A stretch of 57,183 bases of DNA from an uncultured Pseudomonadota bacterium (GTDB lineage: Bacteria > Babelota > Babeliae > Babelales > CAIQNR01), in NCBI GenBank assembly GCA_964570505.1, contig CAZMYL010000003.1, positions 1 through 57,183 on the forward strand. The letters run 5' to 3'. The notes under the pieces were generated by a model. That model was not told the DNA's origin. It saw only the letters and a list, made by a program, of their open reading frames with translations, and did not search any database. Shown here in pieces: positions 21,623 to 31,683 of the stretch. Both the position numbers and the translations under genes were made by a program. Numbering within the stretch: the stretch's first letter is position 1; every line of letters begins with the position of its first letter.

Positions 21623-23122
21623 ATGGCGATAGATAAAGAAAATCTTATATTTAATGGTAATCAAGATTCATCACAAGAGCATCATATTCGTGTTGAAAAA
21701 GTAAAAAAATTACGGGCAATGGGTGTAGAGCCTTGGCCAGCACAAAAAGAAGTGAATGCTACAGCAGAAAAGGTTTTAGCTTCTTATGATGCAGGTGCAG
21801 TTCAAGAGTATACGATTTCTGGAAGAATTGTTGCTTTACGTGCTCACGGTAAAAGTACTTTTGCAAAATTACAAGATCGTTCAGGTCAATTGCAGGTTTA
21901 TTTTAAAGAAGATGTTATTGGCCAAAACGCGTTTACTATGTTGCATGAATATATCGATCTTGGTGATATTATTTGGGTACGAGGAACTCCATTTATTACT
22001 AAAACAGGTGAAGTTACTCTTAAGGTAGAAGAATTTGAGCTTTTGAGTAAATGTTTACATCCACTTCCGGAAAAATTTCATGGTATTGCTGATGTAGAAA
22101 TTAGATATCGTCAGCGTTATTTAGATCTTATGAGTGATCAAGAGCGTAAACAAAAATTTGTAGTTCGTTCAAAATTAATAAGTGGAATCCGTCAATTTTT
22201 AGAAAGTCATGATTTTATAGAAGTAGAAACTCCTATGCTTCATCCTATTCCTGGTGGGGCAGCAGCTAAGCCATTTATTACAAAACATAATGCACTTGGT
22301 TCAGATTTTTATCTTCGTATTGCTCCAGAGCTTTACCTTAAGCGTTTAGTTATTGGAGGCTTTGAGCGTGTGTATGAAATTAATCGTAATTTTAGAAACG
22401 AGGGCGTTTCTACACGTCATAATCCAGAATTTACAATGCTTGAGTTTTATTTAGCACATCATGATTATAAATTTATGATGAATTTTGTAGAAGAGCTTTT
22501 TAGATCAGTGATTATTAAAGCATGTGGAACTACTCAAGCACCTTTTGGCGATTATGTTATTGATTTTGGAAAACCTTTTGCTCGTATGAATGTTCAAACA
22601 GCTATTACATCTCATAGTGATTATACCGCCGAAGACATTGCTCCAGATGCTATTGACGCTACGCTTGCAAAAGCTAAGGTGTATATTGCAAATAAAGATG
22701 CAAGTTATGCGCAAAAGCTATTTTCGCTTTTTGAAGAAGTCGCAGAATCAAAACTTATTCAGCCAACATTTTTAATAGATTTTCCTGTTGAAATGTCTCC
22801 TCTTGCAAAACGTGATTTTGAAAATCCAACAATTGTTGGAAGATTTGAATTGTTTATTGCTGGTATGGAGCTTGCAAACGGCTTTAATGAGCTTAATGAT
22901 CCTTTTGACCAAGCTGAGCGCTTTCAAGAACAAGTAAAAAATCGTGTGTCAGGGGATGATGAAGCCCATCATTATGATGCAGATTTTATTAAAGCTCTTG
23001 AGCATGGTCTTCCTCCAACTGTTGGTTGTGGTATTGGTATAGACCGTCTTGCAATGCTTGTTACTAATACAACGTCTATTAAGGATGTTATTTTATTTCC
23101 TACTTTAAAACGTAGAGATTGA
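21623..23122 (+). CDS. lysS: Lysine--tRNA ligase (class II)
   Basis: YRQRYLDL, GGAAAKPF, LRIAPEL, FRNEG, HNPEFT, GIGIDRL. Confidence 0.98.
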   Translation: MAIDKENLIFNGNQDSSQEHHIRVEKVKKLRAMGVEPWPAQKEVNATAEKVLASYDAGAVQEYTISGRIVALRAHGKSTFAKLQDRSGQLQVYFKEDVIGQNAFTMLHEYIDLGDIIWVRGTPFITKTGEVTLKVEEFELLSKCLHPLPEKFHGIADVEIRYRQRYLDLMSDQERKQKFVVRSKLISGIRQFLESHDFIEVETPMLHPIPGGAAAKPFITKHNALGSDFYLRIAPELYLKRLVIGGFERVYEINRNFRNEGVSTRHNPEFTMLEFYLAHHDYKFMMNFVEELFRSVIIKACGTTQAPFGDYVIDFGKPFARMNVQTAITSHSDYTAEDIAPDAIDATLAKAKVYIANKDASYAQKLFSLFEEVAESKLIQPTFLIDFPVEMSPLAKRDFENPTIVGRFELFIAGMELANGFNELNDPFDQAERFQEQVKNRVSGDDEAHHYDADFIKALEHGLPPTVGCGIGIDRLAMLVTNTTSIKDVILFPTLKRRD

Positions 23123-23142
23123 AAATCTGTAGGATATGAGTA

Positions 23143-23766
23143 ATGAAAAAAATAGTAGGATTGTTAGCAATCTTTGTTATTGGTAATTATGTATATATTT
23201 CATTGTATGGACAAAGACATCAAGAGGATGTGATGGGAAAAAAAGTAGCACTTGTTATAGCAAGTAATGGCTTTCAAGAACATGAGTATCAAGAAACACG
23301 TAAAGTACTTGAAAATGCAGGATATGTAATAACAGTAGTTTCTGATAAGCAAGGTATGGCAATTGGTAATGAAGGCCTTCAGATTTCTGTTGATACTGAT
23401 ATAGCTCATATGCATCCAATTGAGTATTTAGGCGTTTATATTATTGGAGGACCAGGAGCAATTACGTCTCTTGATAATCCTATAATGCACAAAATCCTTA
23501 ATGAAGTTTTTGCAATTGATATTCCTTATGGAGCTATATGCTTGGCTCCTCGAATACTTGCTCAAGCACAAGTGCTTCGTAACAAGCAGGCAACTGGTTG
23601 GGATGGAGATGGTCAATTAAAAGATATATTTCAAAAAAATCAAGTTACTTTAGTACAAAAAGCTGTTGTTGTTGATGGTAATGTAGTAACGGCAAATGGA
23701 CCTTCAGCTGCGCAAGATTTTGGTTTAGCTATTGTAGAAACGCTTTCAGAAAAAATGAATAAATAA
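23143..23766 (+). CDS. DJ-1/PfpI family protein with an N-terminal hydrophobic anchor
   Basis: FQEHE, IGGPG, AICLAP (catalytic Cys), VDGNVVTANGP; alternative start 23233. Confidence 0.88.
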   Translation: MKKIVGLLAIFVIGNYVYISLYGQRHQEDVMGKKVALVIASNGFQEHEYQETRKVLENAGYVITVVSDKQGMAIGNEGLQISVDTDIAHMHPIEYLGVYIIGGPGAITSLDNPIMHKILNEVFAIDIPYGAICLAPRILAQAQVLRNKQATGWDGDGQLKDIFQKNQVTLVQKAVVVDGNVVTANGPSAAQDFGLAIVETLSEKMNK

Positions 23767-23783
23767 TTATAAAGGCTTACATC

Positions 23784-25526
23784 GTGCAAAAGCTTCATAG
23801 TGCTAAAAAAGGTATTAAATATATTTGGAAATTGCCCCTTTGTGATTCTGAAAAAAATTTGAGCATTGCAGCATCGTATACTCTTTCTATTCCGCTTGCT
23901 CAAACTTTGGTAACGCGTGGTTATGTAGAAAAAGAAAATATAGAAAAATATTTATTTAGTTCTTATGAGCATGATGTTGCAGCTGCATATATAATGAAAG
24001 ATGCTCAAAAAGCTGTTGATCGTATTATTGCAGCAATTGATACTGGTGAAAAAATACTTATTGTAGGCGATTATGATGTTGATGGTATTACATCATCGTC
24101 GTTAATGATGTCAGCTTTGTTGCCACTTGGTGCACATGTTAATTTTTATATTCCCCATCGGGTTAAAGATGGGTATGGCCTTTCTGAAGCAATAGTACAT
24201 CGTGCTGCAGATAATAATTATAAAGTTCTTATTACTGTAGATAATGGTATTACTGCTTTTGGACCTGCTGATATTGCAAAACAACGAGGTATAGATTTAA
24301 TTATTACGGATCATCATAGACCTCATAGTCATCTTCCTGATGCATATGCAATTGTAAATCCACATCAACATGATTGTCCCTATCCATTTAAAGATTTTGC
24401 AGGTGTAGGTGTTATTTTTAAAGTTCTTTCTTTATTGTATGAAAAAAAGAATGTTTCTTTACCAAATAAAGCATATGAATTATTACTTTTAGGAACAGTT
24501 GCAGACGTAGTTCCACTTCTTGGAGAAAATAGATTTTGGGTTCGTTATGGATTGCATTACACATCTGAAAATGAAAGTTTATCGCTTAAAGTTTTAAAAC
24601 ATCATGGTAAATGTTCTGACAGAAAGTTATCATCAACTGATATTGGCTTTAAAATTACACCACAAATTAATGCTTTAGGCAGGCTAGAAGATCCTCGTCA
24701 AGGGGTTAGTTTTTTACTTGGTACTGATACGCAAGAAACTGAGCGAATAGGCACTGTGCTTTTTCAATTAAATGAGACACGCAAAGATATTGAGCGTAAA
24801 ATTTTTGAAAGTGTTGATGCTCTTATTCAAAATGGAACAATTGATCTTACCAAAGAACGTTGTATTTTAGCTGCATCATCAGATTGGCCACCAGGTGTAA
24901 TAGGTTTGGTAGCATCTCGTTTGGTTGCAAAGTATGGTCGCCCTACAATGCTTTTTCATATTACTAATTCAGGAAAAGCAAAAGGATCATGTAGGTCTAT
25001 TGCTGCTTGCAATATTTTTAATGTGCTTGAAAAAAATAAAGATTTATTAGATCAATTTGGTGGGCATGCAATGGCTGCAGGTCTTTCTCTTGATAAAGAT
25101 AAATTACAGATTTTAAAGGCTCGCTTTGAAGATGATTTAGCATCACTTTTAACGTTAGAAGATTTACAACAGACACTTATGTGTGATGCTGCTTTAAAAA
25201 TGGGAGATATTTCTGCAAAATTAATGCATGATATGCAATTGTTTGAGCCTTTTGGAGCTCAAAATAATCAGCCTATTTTTTATATGGAAGGTGTAAGCCT
25301 TGTAGGAGATCCTGCGTTATTAAAAGATTTGCATGTAAAATGTATGGTATTTGCAGAAGGAATTATCAAACCATTAGTATTTTTTAATAGACCTGATTTA
25401 TATCCATTATTAGTAGCGCAAAAAGAAGAGCCATTTTCTATTGCAGTACAAGTAAGTCAAAATGTGTGGAATGGTAGAACGACAGTAGAGTTATATGGGC
25501 TTGATGTTGCGGATCTTAAACAGTAA
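23784..25526 (+). CDS. recJ: ssDNA-specific exonuclease RecJ
   Basis: GDYDVDG, TVDNG, TDHH, GTVADVVPL, FGGHAMAAG, EPFG. Confidence 0.96.
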   Translation: MQKLHSAKKGIKYIWKLPLCDSEKNLSIAASYTLSIPLAQTLVTRGYVEKENIEKYLFSSYEHDVAAAYIMKDAQKAVDRIIAAIDTGEKILIVGDYDVDGITSSSLMMSALLPLGAHVNFYIPHRVKDGYGLSEAIVHRAADNNYKVLITVDNGITAFGPADIAKQRGIDLIITDHHRPHSHLPDAYAIVNPHQHDCPYPFKDFAGVGVIFKVLSLLYEKKNVSLPNKAYELLLLGTVADVVPLLGENRFWVRYGLHYTSENESLSLKVLKHHGKCSDRKLSSTDIGFKITPQINALGRLEDPRQGVSFLLGTDTQETERIGTVLFQLNETRKDIERKIFESVDALIQNGTIDLTKERCILAASSDWPPGVIGLVASRLVAKYGRPTMLFHITNSGKAKGSCRSIAACNIFNVLEKNKDLLDQFGGHAMAAGLSLDKDKLQILKARFEDDLASLLTLEDLQQTLMCDAALKMGDISAKLMHDMQLFEPFGAQNNQPIFYMEGVSLVGDPALLKDLHVKCMVFAEGIIKPLVFFNRPDLYPLLVAQKEEPFSIAVQVSQNVWNGRTTVELYGLDVADLKQ

Positions 25527-25545
25527 CTACTTCAAAGAAAGGCAT

Positions 25546-26241
25546 ATGATAATGATTATTACTATTGACGGACCAACAGCAAGTGGGAAATCTTCTGTGG
25601 CAAAAGCACTTGCAGAAAAATTAGGCTGGTATTATTTAAATACGGGAATGTTATACAGGGCTGTAACTTATTTGCTTATGACGAGGTATCATTATACTTC
25701 TAAAGATTTAACACAAGTAGCACCACAAGATCTTGCAGCATGTACTGATCATAGTCGTTTTTCGTATTGTTATGATCCTGCTCAAGGAGTAGAAATTTTA
25801 TATGATGATAATAACATTACTCCTTTTTTAAAAGATGCAACTATTGATGAAGCAGTGTGTTTAATTTCTCCGCAGTCATATTTGCGTGAAGTTATGTGTG
25901 AGTTTCAGCGTCAACTTGCTCAGCAGTATGATATTGTAACAGATGGAAGAGATACTGGATCTGTAGTTTTTCCTCAAGCTGAATATAAATTTTTTTTAAC
26001 AGCTTCACTTGATATACGGGCTTTGCGTTGGCAAAAAGATCAATATAAAAGAGGTAATGTGTATACGATTGAAGAATGTAAAAAACGTATTGCATTTCGT
26101 GATACAAAAGATCTGGAAAGAGGGCATTCACCGTTACTTATTCCTCAAGGTGGGATTGTTATTGATAATACGACCTTAAATTTTAATGAAACAATTAATG
26201 AATTTTTAAAATACTTGCATACTGTTTATATAACTAAATAA
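25546..26241 (+). CDS. cmk: Cytidylate kinase
   Basis: IDGPTASGKSS, TGMLYRA, DGRDTGSVVFP, RDTKD..R..SPL. Confidence 0.94.
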   Translation: MIMIITIDGPTASGKSSVAKALAEKLGWYYLNTGMLYRAVTYLLMTRYHYTSKDLTQVAPQDLAACTDHSRFSYCYDPAQGVEILYDDNNITPFLKDATIDEAVCLISPQSYLREVMCEFQRQLAQQYDIVTDGRDTGSVVFPQAEYKFFLTASLDIRALRWQKDQYKRGNVYTIEECKKRIAFRDTKDLERGHSPLLIPQGGIVIDNTTLNFNETINEFLKYLHTVYITK

Positions 26242-26264
26242 GGGCATCTAATAAGATGCCCTTA
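26239..26264. terminator. Hairpin between convergent cmk and small ORF
   Basis: Perfect 11-bp stem TAAGGGCATCT/AGATGCCCTTA, 4-nt loop. Confidence 0.6.
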
Positions 26265-26288
26265 TGTGTCTTTTTTTTCATAATATTA

Positions 26289-26525
26289 TTATGAAATTTT
26301 TGGCATAAACCCTGTTGATTTAAATGCAGCAGCTGCTTGTTTTGCGCGAAGTGCGTTTCTGTGGAGTTCTTGAGAATAAGGGGCTTTTCCTTTTTTAATA
26401 ATCATGCCTTTTTCTTTGCATGGTCCGCAAAAAGATTTTCTTTTTTTATGGTACCAAAGAGCAAGAGCAAGAATAATTATTATGGGAATCCAATATTGTT
26501 TTATAATAGTTAGATATTTTTTCAT
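26289..26525 (-). CDS. Small single-TM basic protein
   Basis: AAGGAG RBS; TM WIPIIIILALALWY; CGPC; Lys-rich tail. Confidence 0.65.
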   Translation of the reverse strand: MKKYLTIIKQYWIPIIIILALALWYHKKRKSFCGPCKEKGMIIKKGKAPYSQELHRNALRAKQAAAAFKSTGFMPKIS

Positions 26526-26666
26526 ACAAAACTCCTTGTGTAATATGAAAGATATTAATCTAATCCTTGTAAGGTTATTTAAACAAATTTCAATAAATCA
26601 AATCTAGTTTAATTATAGTATTAAGGTACTCTTTGATGATTATTAAAATTTAAAGAAGAGAGATTT

Positions 26667-28268
26667 ATGACAAAATATATATTTGTAACAGGTGGTGTTA
26701 TTAGTTCTGTAGGAAAAGGTGTTGTTGCAGCATCACTTGGTAAAATCTTACAAAAACGTGGTGTTAAAATTGCGATTCAAAAATTGGATCCTTACATTAA
26801 TGTTGATCCAGGTACTATGTCTCCGTATCAACATGGAGAAGTTTTTGTGACTAATGATGGAGCAGAAACAGATCTTGATCTTGGGCATTATGAACGTTTT
26901 TTAGATATAAATTTAACAAAATTTTGTAGTGTTACGGCAGGTAAAATTTATGCACAAGTCATTGATCAAGAAAGAAAAGGAACTTATTTAGGCAAAACTA
27001 TTCAAGTTATTCCTCATATTACGCATGAAATTAAAAAAGCTATTACTCATGCAGCAGAAAGTATGCAAGCAGATGTTTTAATAGTGGAAGTTGGTGGAAC
27101 TGTTGGAGATCTGGAAGGAGCTCCTTTTTTAGAAGCTCTTCGTCAAATGCAATATGAACAAGGCCATAAAAATACACTGTTTGTTCATGTAACATGGTTG
27201 CCATATGTTCAAGCAACTCAAGAACTCAAAACAAAGCCATCACAACATTCACTTCGTGAATTGCGTTCAATAGGTATTATTCCAGAAGTTGTAATCGCTC
27301 GAGCAGATCAGCCAATAGATCGTGAGTTATGTCATAAGATAGCATCATTTTCTAATATTCATTCTGATAGGGTTATTCCTATTGTTACTGAAAGTAATCC
27401 ATATAGAGTTCCTTTACTTTTAGAGCAAGAAAACATTGGTGATTATTTAGTAGATCATTTTGCATTATCTCCATCAAAAAAAGTTGATTGGACAGATTGG
27501 AAAATGCTTCTTGCACAATCAGCATATGTTGCTGAAAAAAAGATAAAAATTGCATTAGTAGGTAAATATGTTGGATTGCATGATGCATACATTAGTGTTA
27601 CAGAAGCGCTTCAGCATGCAGCTTTTGAGTTGGCTAAAGAAATAGAAATAGTATGGGTTGATGCAGAGCAATTAACAGAAGAAAATGTTGCGCATGTTTT
27701 AGGAGATTGTAAAGGGGTTATTGTTCCTGGCGGTTTTGGGCATCGTGCAGTAGAAGGAAAAATAATAGCTGCACAATGGGCTCGAATTAATAATATTCCT
27801 TATTTGGGGTTATGTCTTGGTATGCAAGTAATGTGTATTGAATTTGCTCGCCAAGTAATTAGTAAAGAAGCAACATCATTAGAATTTGATGAGTATGCTA
27901 AATTTCCTGTAGTTACGCTTATGGATCAGCAAAAAAATGTTATTGATAAAGGTGGTACTATGAGGTTGGGTCTTTACCCTTGTACATTGTTGCCTGGAAC
28001 TAAAGCCGCGTTAGCATATCAAGATAATGGACAAGATTTACTTATTTCTGAACGCCATAGGCATCGATTTGAATTTAATAATACCTATCGCAAACAACTT
28101 GAAGATGCAGGGCTTGTTATTTCTGGACAATCTCCAGATGGTAAGCTTGTAGAAATTATTGAATTGAAAGATCATCCATTTATGGTTGCAAGTCAATTTC
28201 ATCCTGAATTTTTATCACGACCTCAAAAACCGCATCCCCTTTTTAAAGCATTTTTATATGCAATTTAA
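26667..28268 (+). CDS. pyrG: CTP synthase
   Basis: TKYIFVTGGV, DPYINVDPGTMSPYQHGE, GLCLGMQ, QFHPEF. Confidence 0.98.
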   Translation: MTKYIFVTGGVISSVGKGVVAASLGKILQKRGVKIAIQKLDPYINVDPGTMSPYQHGEVFVTNDGAETDLDLGHYERFLDINLTKFCSVTAGKIYAQVIDQERKGTYLGKTIQVIPHITHEIKKAITHAAESMQADVLIVEVGGTVGDLEGAPFLEALRQMQYEQGHKNTLFVHVTWLPYVQATQELKTKPSQHSLRELRSIGIIPEVVIARADQPIDRELCHKIASFSNIHSDRVIPIVTESNPYRVPLLLEQENIGDYLVDHFALSPSKKVDWTDWKMLLAQSAYVAEKKIKIALVGKYVGLHDAYISVTEALQHAAFELAKEIEIVWVDAEQLTEENVAHVLGDCKGVIVPGGFGHRAVEGKIIAAQWARINNIPYLGLCLGMQVMCIEFARQVISKEATSLEFDEYAKFPVVTLMDQQKNVIDKGGTMRLGLYPCTLLPGTKAALAYQDNGQDLLISERHRHRFEFNNTYRKQLEDAGLVISGQSPDGKLVEIIELKDHPFMVASQFHPEFLSRPQKPHPLFKAFLYAI

Positions 28269-28281
28269 ATAATAACAATGT

Positions 28282-28310
28282 AAAAAAGGGCTGAATGAAT
28301 TCAGCCCTTT
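28282..28310. terminator. Terminator between pyrG and the convergent lipoprotein gene
   Basis: AAAGGGCTGAAT/ATTCAGCCCTTT inverted repeat. Confidence 0.7.
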
Positions 28311-28334
28311 AAAGTATCTTATTAAAATAACAGA

Positions 28335-28478
28335 TTACTCTTGTTCAATAACTTCTTTAACATCAGCTGATGTTGTGTTATCAACAGTTTCAACTGCTAC
28401 TTCTTGATTTTTCTTTTTAAGACAACCAGGAAGAGTAACAAGTGTTACAGCAAGCATAAAAAAAAGATTTTTATTCAT
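28335..28478 (-). CDS. 47-aa lipoprotein (absent from the ORF track)
   Basis: Manual translation MNKNLFFMLAVTLVTLPGCLKKKNQEVAVETVDNTTSADVKEVIEQE*; lipobox LPGC; GAGGGA upstream. Confidence 0.7.
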   Translation of the reverse strand: MNKNLFFMLAVTLVTLPGCLKKKNQEVAVETVDNTTSADVKEVIEQE

Positions 28479-28516
28479 AGGATGTATCCCTCAATATTAT
28501 ATATGAATAGTTGTTA

Positions 28517-31000
28517 TTACGTTTGTGCTTTTTTTGCTACCGTCTTTTTTTTGATTTTTTTTGCAGGTGTTTTTTTGGTTTTAGTACTTTTTGGTGATTT
28601 GTTTTGTTGTGCAAATGGATCATTTTTAAGTACTGCTTTCAAAACTTCATCCATAGTTGCTACATAAATAATTTCAAGATCAAGATTATGTTTTACTTCT
28701 TTGAGTATTTCTTCTATATCATCTCTATTTTCTTCAGGAACAACTACTGTTTTAATATTAAATTGTTTTGCTGCAAGTAATTTTTCTTTAAGGCCACCAA
28801 CACCAATAACGCGCCCACGGAGAGTTACTTCTCCTGTCATAGCTACATAAGGCTTAATTGGATTTTTACTGAGTGCAGAAACAACTGCTGCGCACATAGA
28901 AATACCAGCAGAAGGGCCATCTTTTGGAGTTGCGCCTTCTGGAAGATGAATATGAATGTCTTTATTAGTATTAAATGCTTTAGGAACATTAATAGCGTCT
29001 GCTCGAGATCGTATGTAAGTAAGTCCAGCGTGAGCAGATTCTTGCATTACATCACCAAGTTGACCTGTTAATGTTACCCCACCTTTTCCAGGAGTGATAG
29101 ATACTTCTATTTCAAGTACATCGCCACCAATTTCTGTCCAAGCAAGGCCTGTTGCAAGTCCAATTTTTTCACCGGTTTCTAATTTTTGTCGTTTAAAAGG
29201 AGGGTTTCCAAGCCATTCTTTAATGTGTTCTTTAGTAATAGTAAAACTTTTTAAAGATTTATTTTTTAAAAGTTCTTGAATAACTTTACGAAGAAGTTTT
29301 GCGATAGTTCTTTCTAGTTGACGAACTCCAGCTTCTTTTGTGTATTCATTAACTATAAATTCAATAATATCATCAGATATTTTACATTGAGTAGTGGTTA
29401 AGCTGTATTCTTTTAAATTCTTTGGAAGTAAAAATGATTTTGTAATAGATACTTTTTCTTCATTGGTATAACCAGAAAGAGAAATAACTTCCATACGATC
29501 AAAAAGAGGATACGGAATACCTTCTATATGATTTGCAGTGGTAATAAACATAACATGAGATAAGTCATATTCTATATCTAAAAAATGATCTAAAAATGTT
29601 TTGTTTTGTTCTGGATCAAGTACCTCAAGCAGTGCTGCTGCAGGATCCCCATGAACATCCATAGACATTTTATCTATTTCATCAAGTAAAATTACAGGAT
29701 TAATAGTACTTGCTTTTTTCATTGCTTGAATAATTTTTCCAGGCAATGCTCCAATGTAGGTACGGCGATGACCGCGAATTTCAGCTTCATCTTTAATGCC
29801 ACCAAGCGCAATACGTACAAACTCTCTACCTAAACTTTCTGCGATAGATTTTCCTAAGGATGTTTTTCCAACTCCAGGAGCACCTACTAAACAAATGATA
29901 GGAGAACGTTCAAGATTTTTAGAAAATTTCTTAGCTGCTAAAAATTCAATAATACGTTCTTTAGGCTTTTTAAGCCCAGCATGATGTTTATTAAGAATTT
30001 TTTCTGCTTGTTCCAGACTAATACGATCTTTACTTTCTTTAGACCAAGGAAGCGATGCAATCCAATCTATATAATTTCTACTCACAACAGCTTCTGAAGA
30101 AAGTGGAGGCATTTGCTCAAGCCGTTTTAGTTCTTTTTCTACTTTTTCTATAGCTTCTTTTGGTGGTTTTAAAGCAAGGACTTTATTTCTTAAAAGTTCA
30201 AATTCACCTTGTTGATCTTCTCGTCCAAGTTCTTTATGAATAGCTTTAATCTGCTCAGTTAAATAAAATTCTCTTTGATTTTTTTCTACTTGATTTTGAA
30301 TTCTGCCTCTAATGCGATTTTCAACTTCAAGAATTTCAACTTCTTTTTTTAAAATTTCACAAATTTTAACTAAGCGTTTTTTAAGATCGGGCATTTCAAG
30401 CAAATGTTGTCGTTCATCAAATGCTAAATTTAGATGAACAGCTGCTGTGTCTACAATATAATCAATATCATCAAGAGTTCTGTCTGGTCCAATACCAATA
30501 AGGTCTTGAGGAGCTTTTTCATTTAAAGCTGCATAAGCAGTATAAAGTTCCTGAAATAAGCGCCAAGACGCTTCAAAATCAGAAGTTTTTGATTTTTTTG
30601 TTTGTTCAATATCTTCACAATAAATAGAGGTGAATTCATCAATATCATGAATTCCTGTTATTTTTGCACGTTGCAATCCTTCAACAAGTATTTTTAAAGA
30701 ACCATTTTGCATGCGCATAACTTGTAAAATAGTAGAGCGTGTTCCTGTTTCAAAAATATCGTCAATTGTTGGATTTTCTGTATCAGGATCTTTTTGAGCT
30801 GTTACAAAAATAGCTTTTGAAAGCTTAAGTGCATGTTCAACAGCTTTAATAGATGATGATCTTCCCACAATTACAGGAAGAATACTTTTTGGTAAAAGTA
30901 CCATATTTTTAAGTGGTAAGAGCGGAAGAACATGATCATTGTTTTCTTCAAGAAGAAGATCGAGCTCAGCATTCTGTTTTTTTTGTTTATTGATAGACAT
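28517..31000 (-). CDS. lon: ATP-dependent Lon protease
   Basis: LON N-domain, GAPGVGKTS, LLDEIDK, PKDGPSAG, GGLKEK. Confidence 0.98.
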   Translation of the reverse strand: MSINKQKKQNAELDLLLEENNDHVLPLLPLKNMVLLPKSILPVIVGRSSSIKAVEHALKLSKAIFVTAQKDPDTENPTIDDIFETGTRSTILQVMRMQNGSLKILVEGLQRAKITGIHDIDEFTSIYCEDIEQTKKSKTSDFEASWRLFQELYTAYAALNEKAPQDLIGIGPDRTLDDIDYIVDTAAVHLNLAFDERQHLLEMPDLKKRLVKICEILKKEVEILEVENRIRGRIQNQVEKNQREFYLTEQIKAIHKELGREDQQGEFELLRNKVLALKPPKEAIEKVEKELKRLEQMPPLSSEAVVSRNYIDWIASLPWSKESKDRISLEQAEKILNKHHAGLKKPKERIIEFLAAKKFSKNLERSPIICLVGAPGVGKTSLGKSIAESLGREFVRIALGGIKDEAEIRGHRRTYIGALPGKIIQAMKKASTINPVILLDEIDKMSMDVHGDPAAALLEVLDPEQNKTFLDHFLDIEYDLSHVMFITTANHIEGIPYPLFDRMEVISLSGYTNEEKVSITKSFLLPKNLKEYSLTTTQCKISDDIIEFIVNEYTKEAGVRQLERTIAKLLRKVIQELLKNKSLKSFTITKEHIKEWLGNPPFKRQKLETGEKIGLATGLAWTEIGGDVLEIEVSITPGKGGVTLTGQLGDVMQESAHAGLTYIRSRADAINVPKAFNTNKDIHIHLPEGATPKDGPSAGISMCAAVVSALSKNPIKPYVAMTGEVTLRGRVIGVGGLKEKLLAAKQFNIKTVVVPEENRDDIEEILKEVKHNLDLEIIYVATMDEVLKAVLKNDPFAQQNKSPKSTKTKKTPAKKIKKKTVAKKAQT

Positions 31001-31123
31001 TGTTCACCACTTGTATAAAAATTTTTAAAGGAATTTATACCTCATAATGCCTTAAGTTTACATGATTTTTATAAAAAATATAATGTTAACATTTAAGCTT
31101 TTATTTTGAGCTTAAGCAGTGAT

Positions 31124-31666
31124 TTATTTGCGAGAAATCCATTTATAAAACATACGAGTTACAGAATCTTCTTGTGTTGGTAATTCATGAAAATTTTTAC
31201 CTATCCATCGCAATTCTTTTGATTCGTTATTTTTAATAACTGTTTCTTGCCCGCTTATTTTAAGTAAAAACCGTATATCGTAATGGTAATGTTCAGGCTC
31301 TTTACTATTTGCAGGAATAAGATGTACGTCTATATCAAATATTTCTGAAGAAAGAGCTTCTATTGCTTGAATGCCAGATTCTTCTTGAGCTTCTTTTATA
31401 GCAACTGCGCACGTATCAGAGTCTCCATCGCAATGTCCTCCTAATTGGAACCATCGATCGAGCTTTCTATGATGCATTAAAAGAGCTTGAGATTCATCAT
31501 TATTTAAAAGCCAAGCAGAAGCTGTAACATGTCCAATTAAAAGAGAACGTTCAAAACAGTCTTTGTTATGACTTACAAAATTAATGATAATTTTTTTATA
31601 TTCAATTTCTGCAGGGTCTACGGGATTATACTTTTTAAGTAAATTGAGCAATTGGTTTCGTTTCAT
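31124..31666 (-). CDS. NUDIX hydrolase
   Basis: GHVTASAW; Nudix box GGHCDGDSDTCAVAIKEAQEESG; HYHYDIRF. Confidence 0.9.
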   Translation of the reverse strand: MKRNQLLNLLKKYNPVDPAEIEYKKIIINFVSHNKDCFERSLLIGHVTASAWLLNNDESQALLMHHRKLDRWFQLGGHCDGDSDTCAVAIKEAQEESGIQAIEALSSEIFDIDVHLIPANSKEPEHYHYDIRFLLKISGQETVIKNNESKELRWIGKNFHELPTQEDSVTRMFYKWISRK

Positions 31667-31683
31667 ATTTTGAGTACTTTTTA

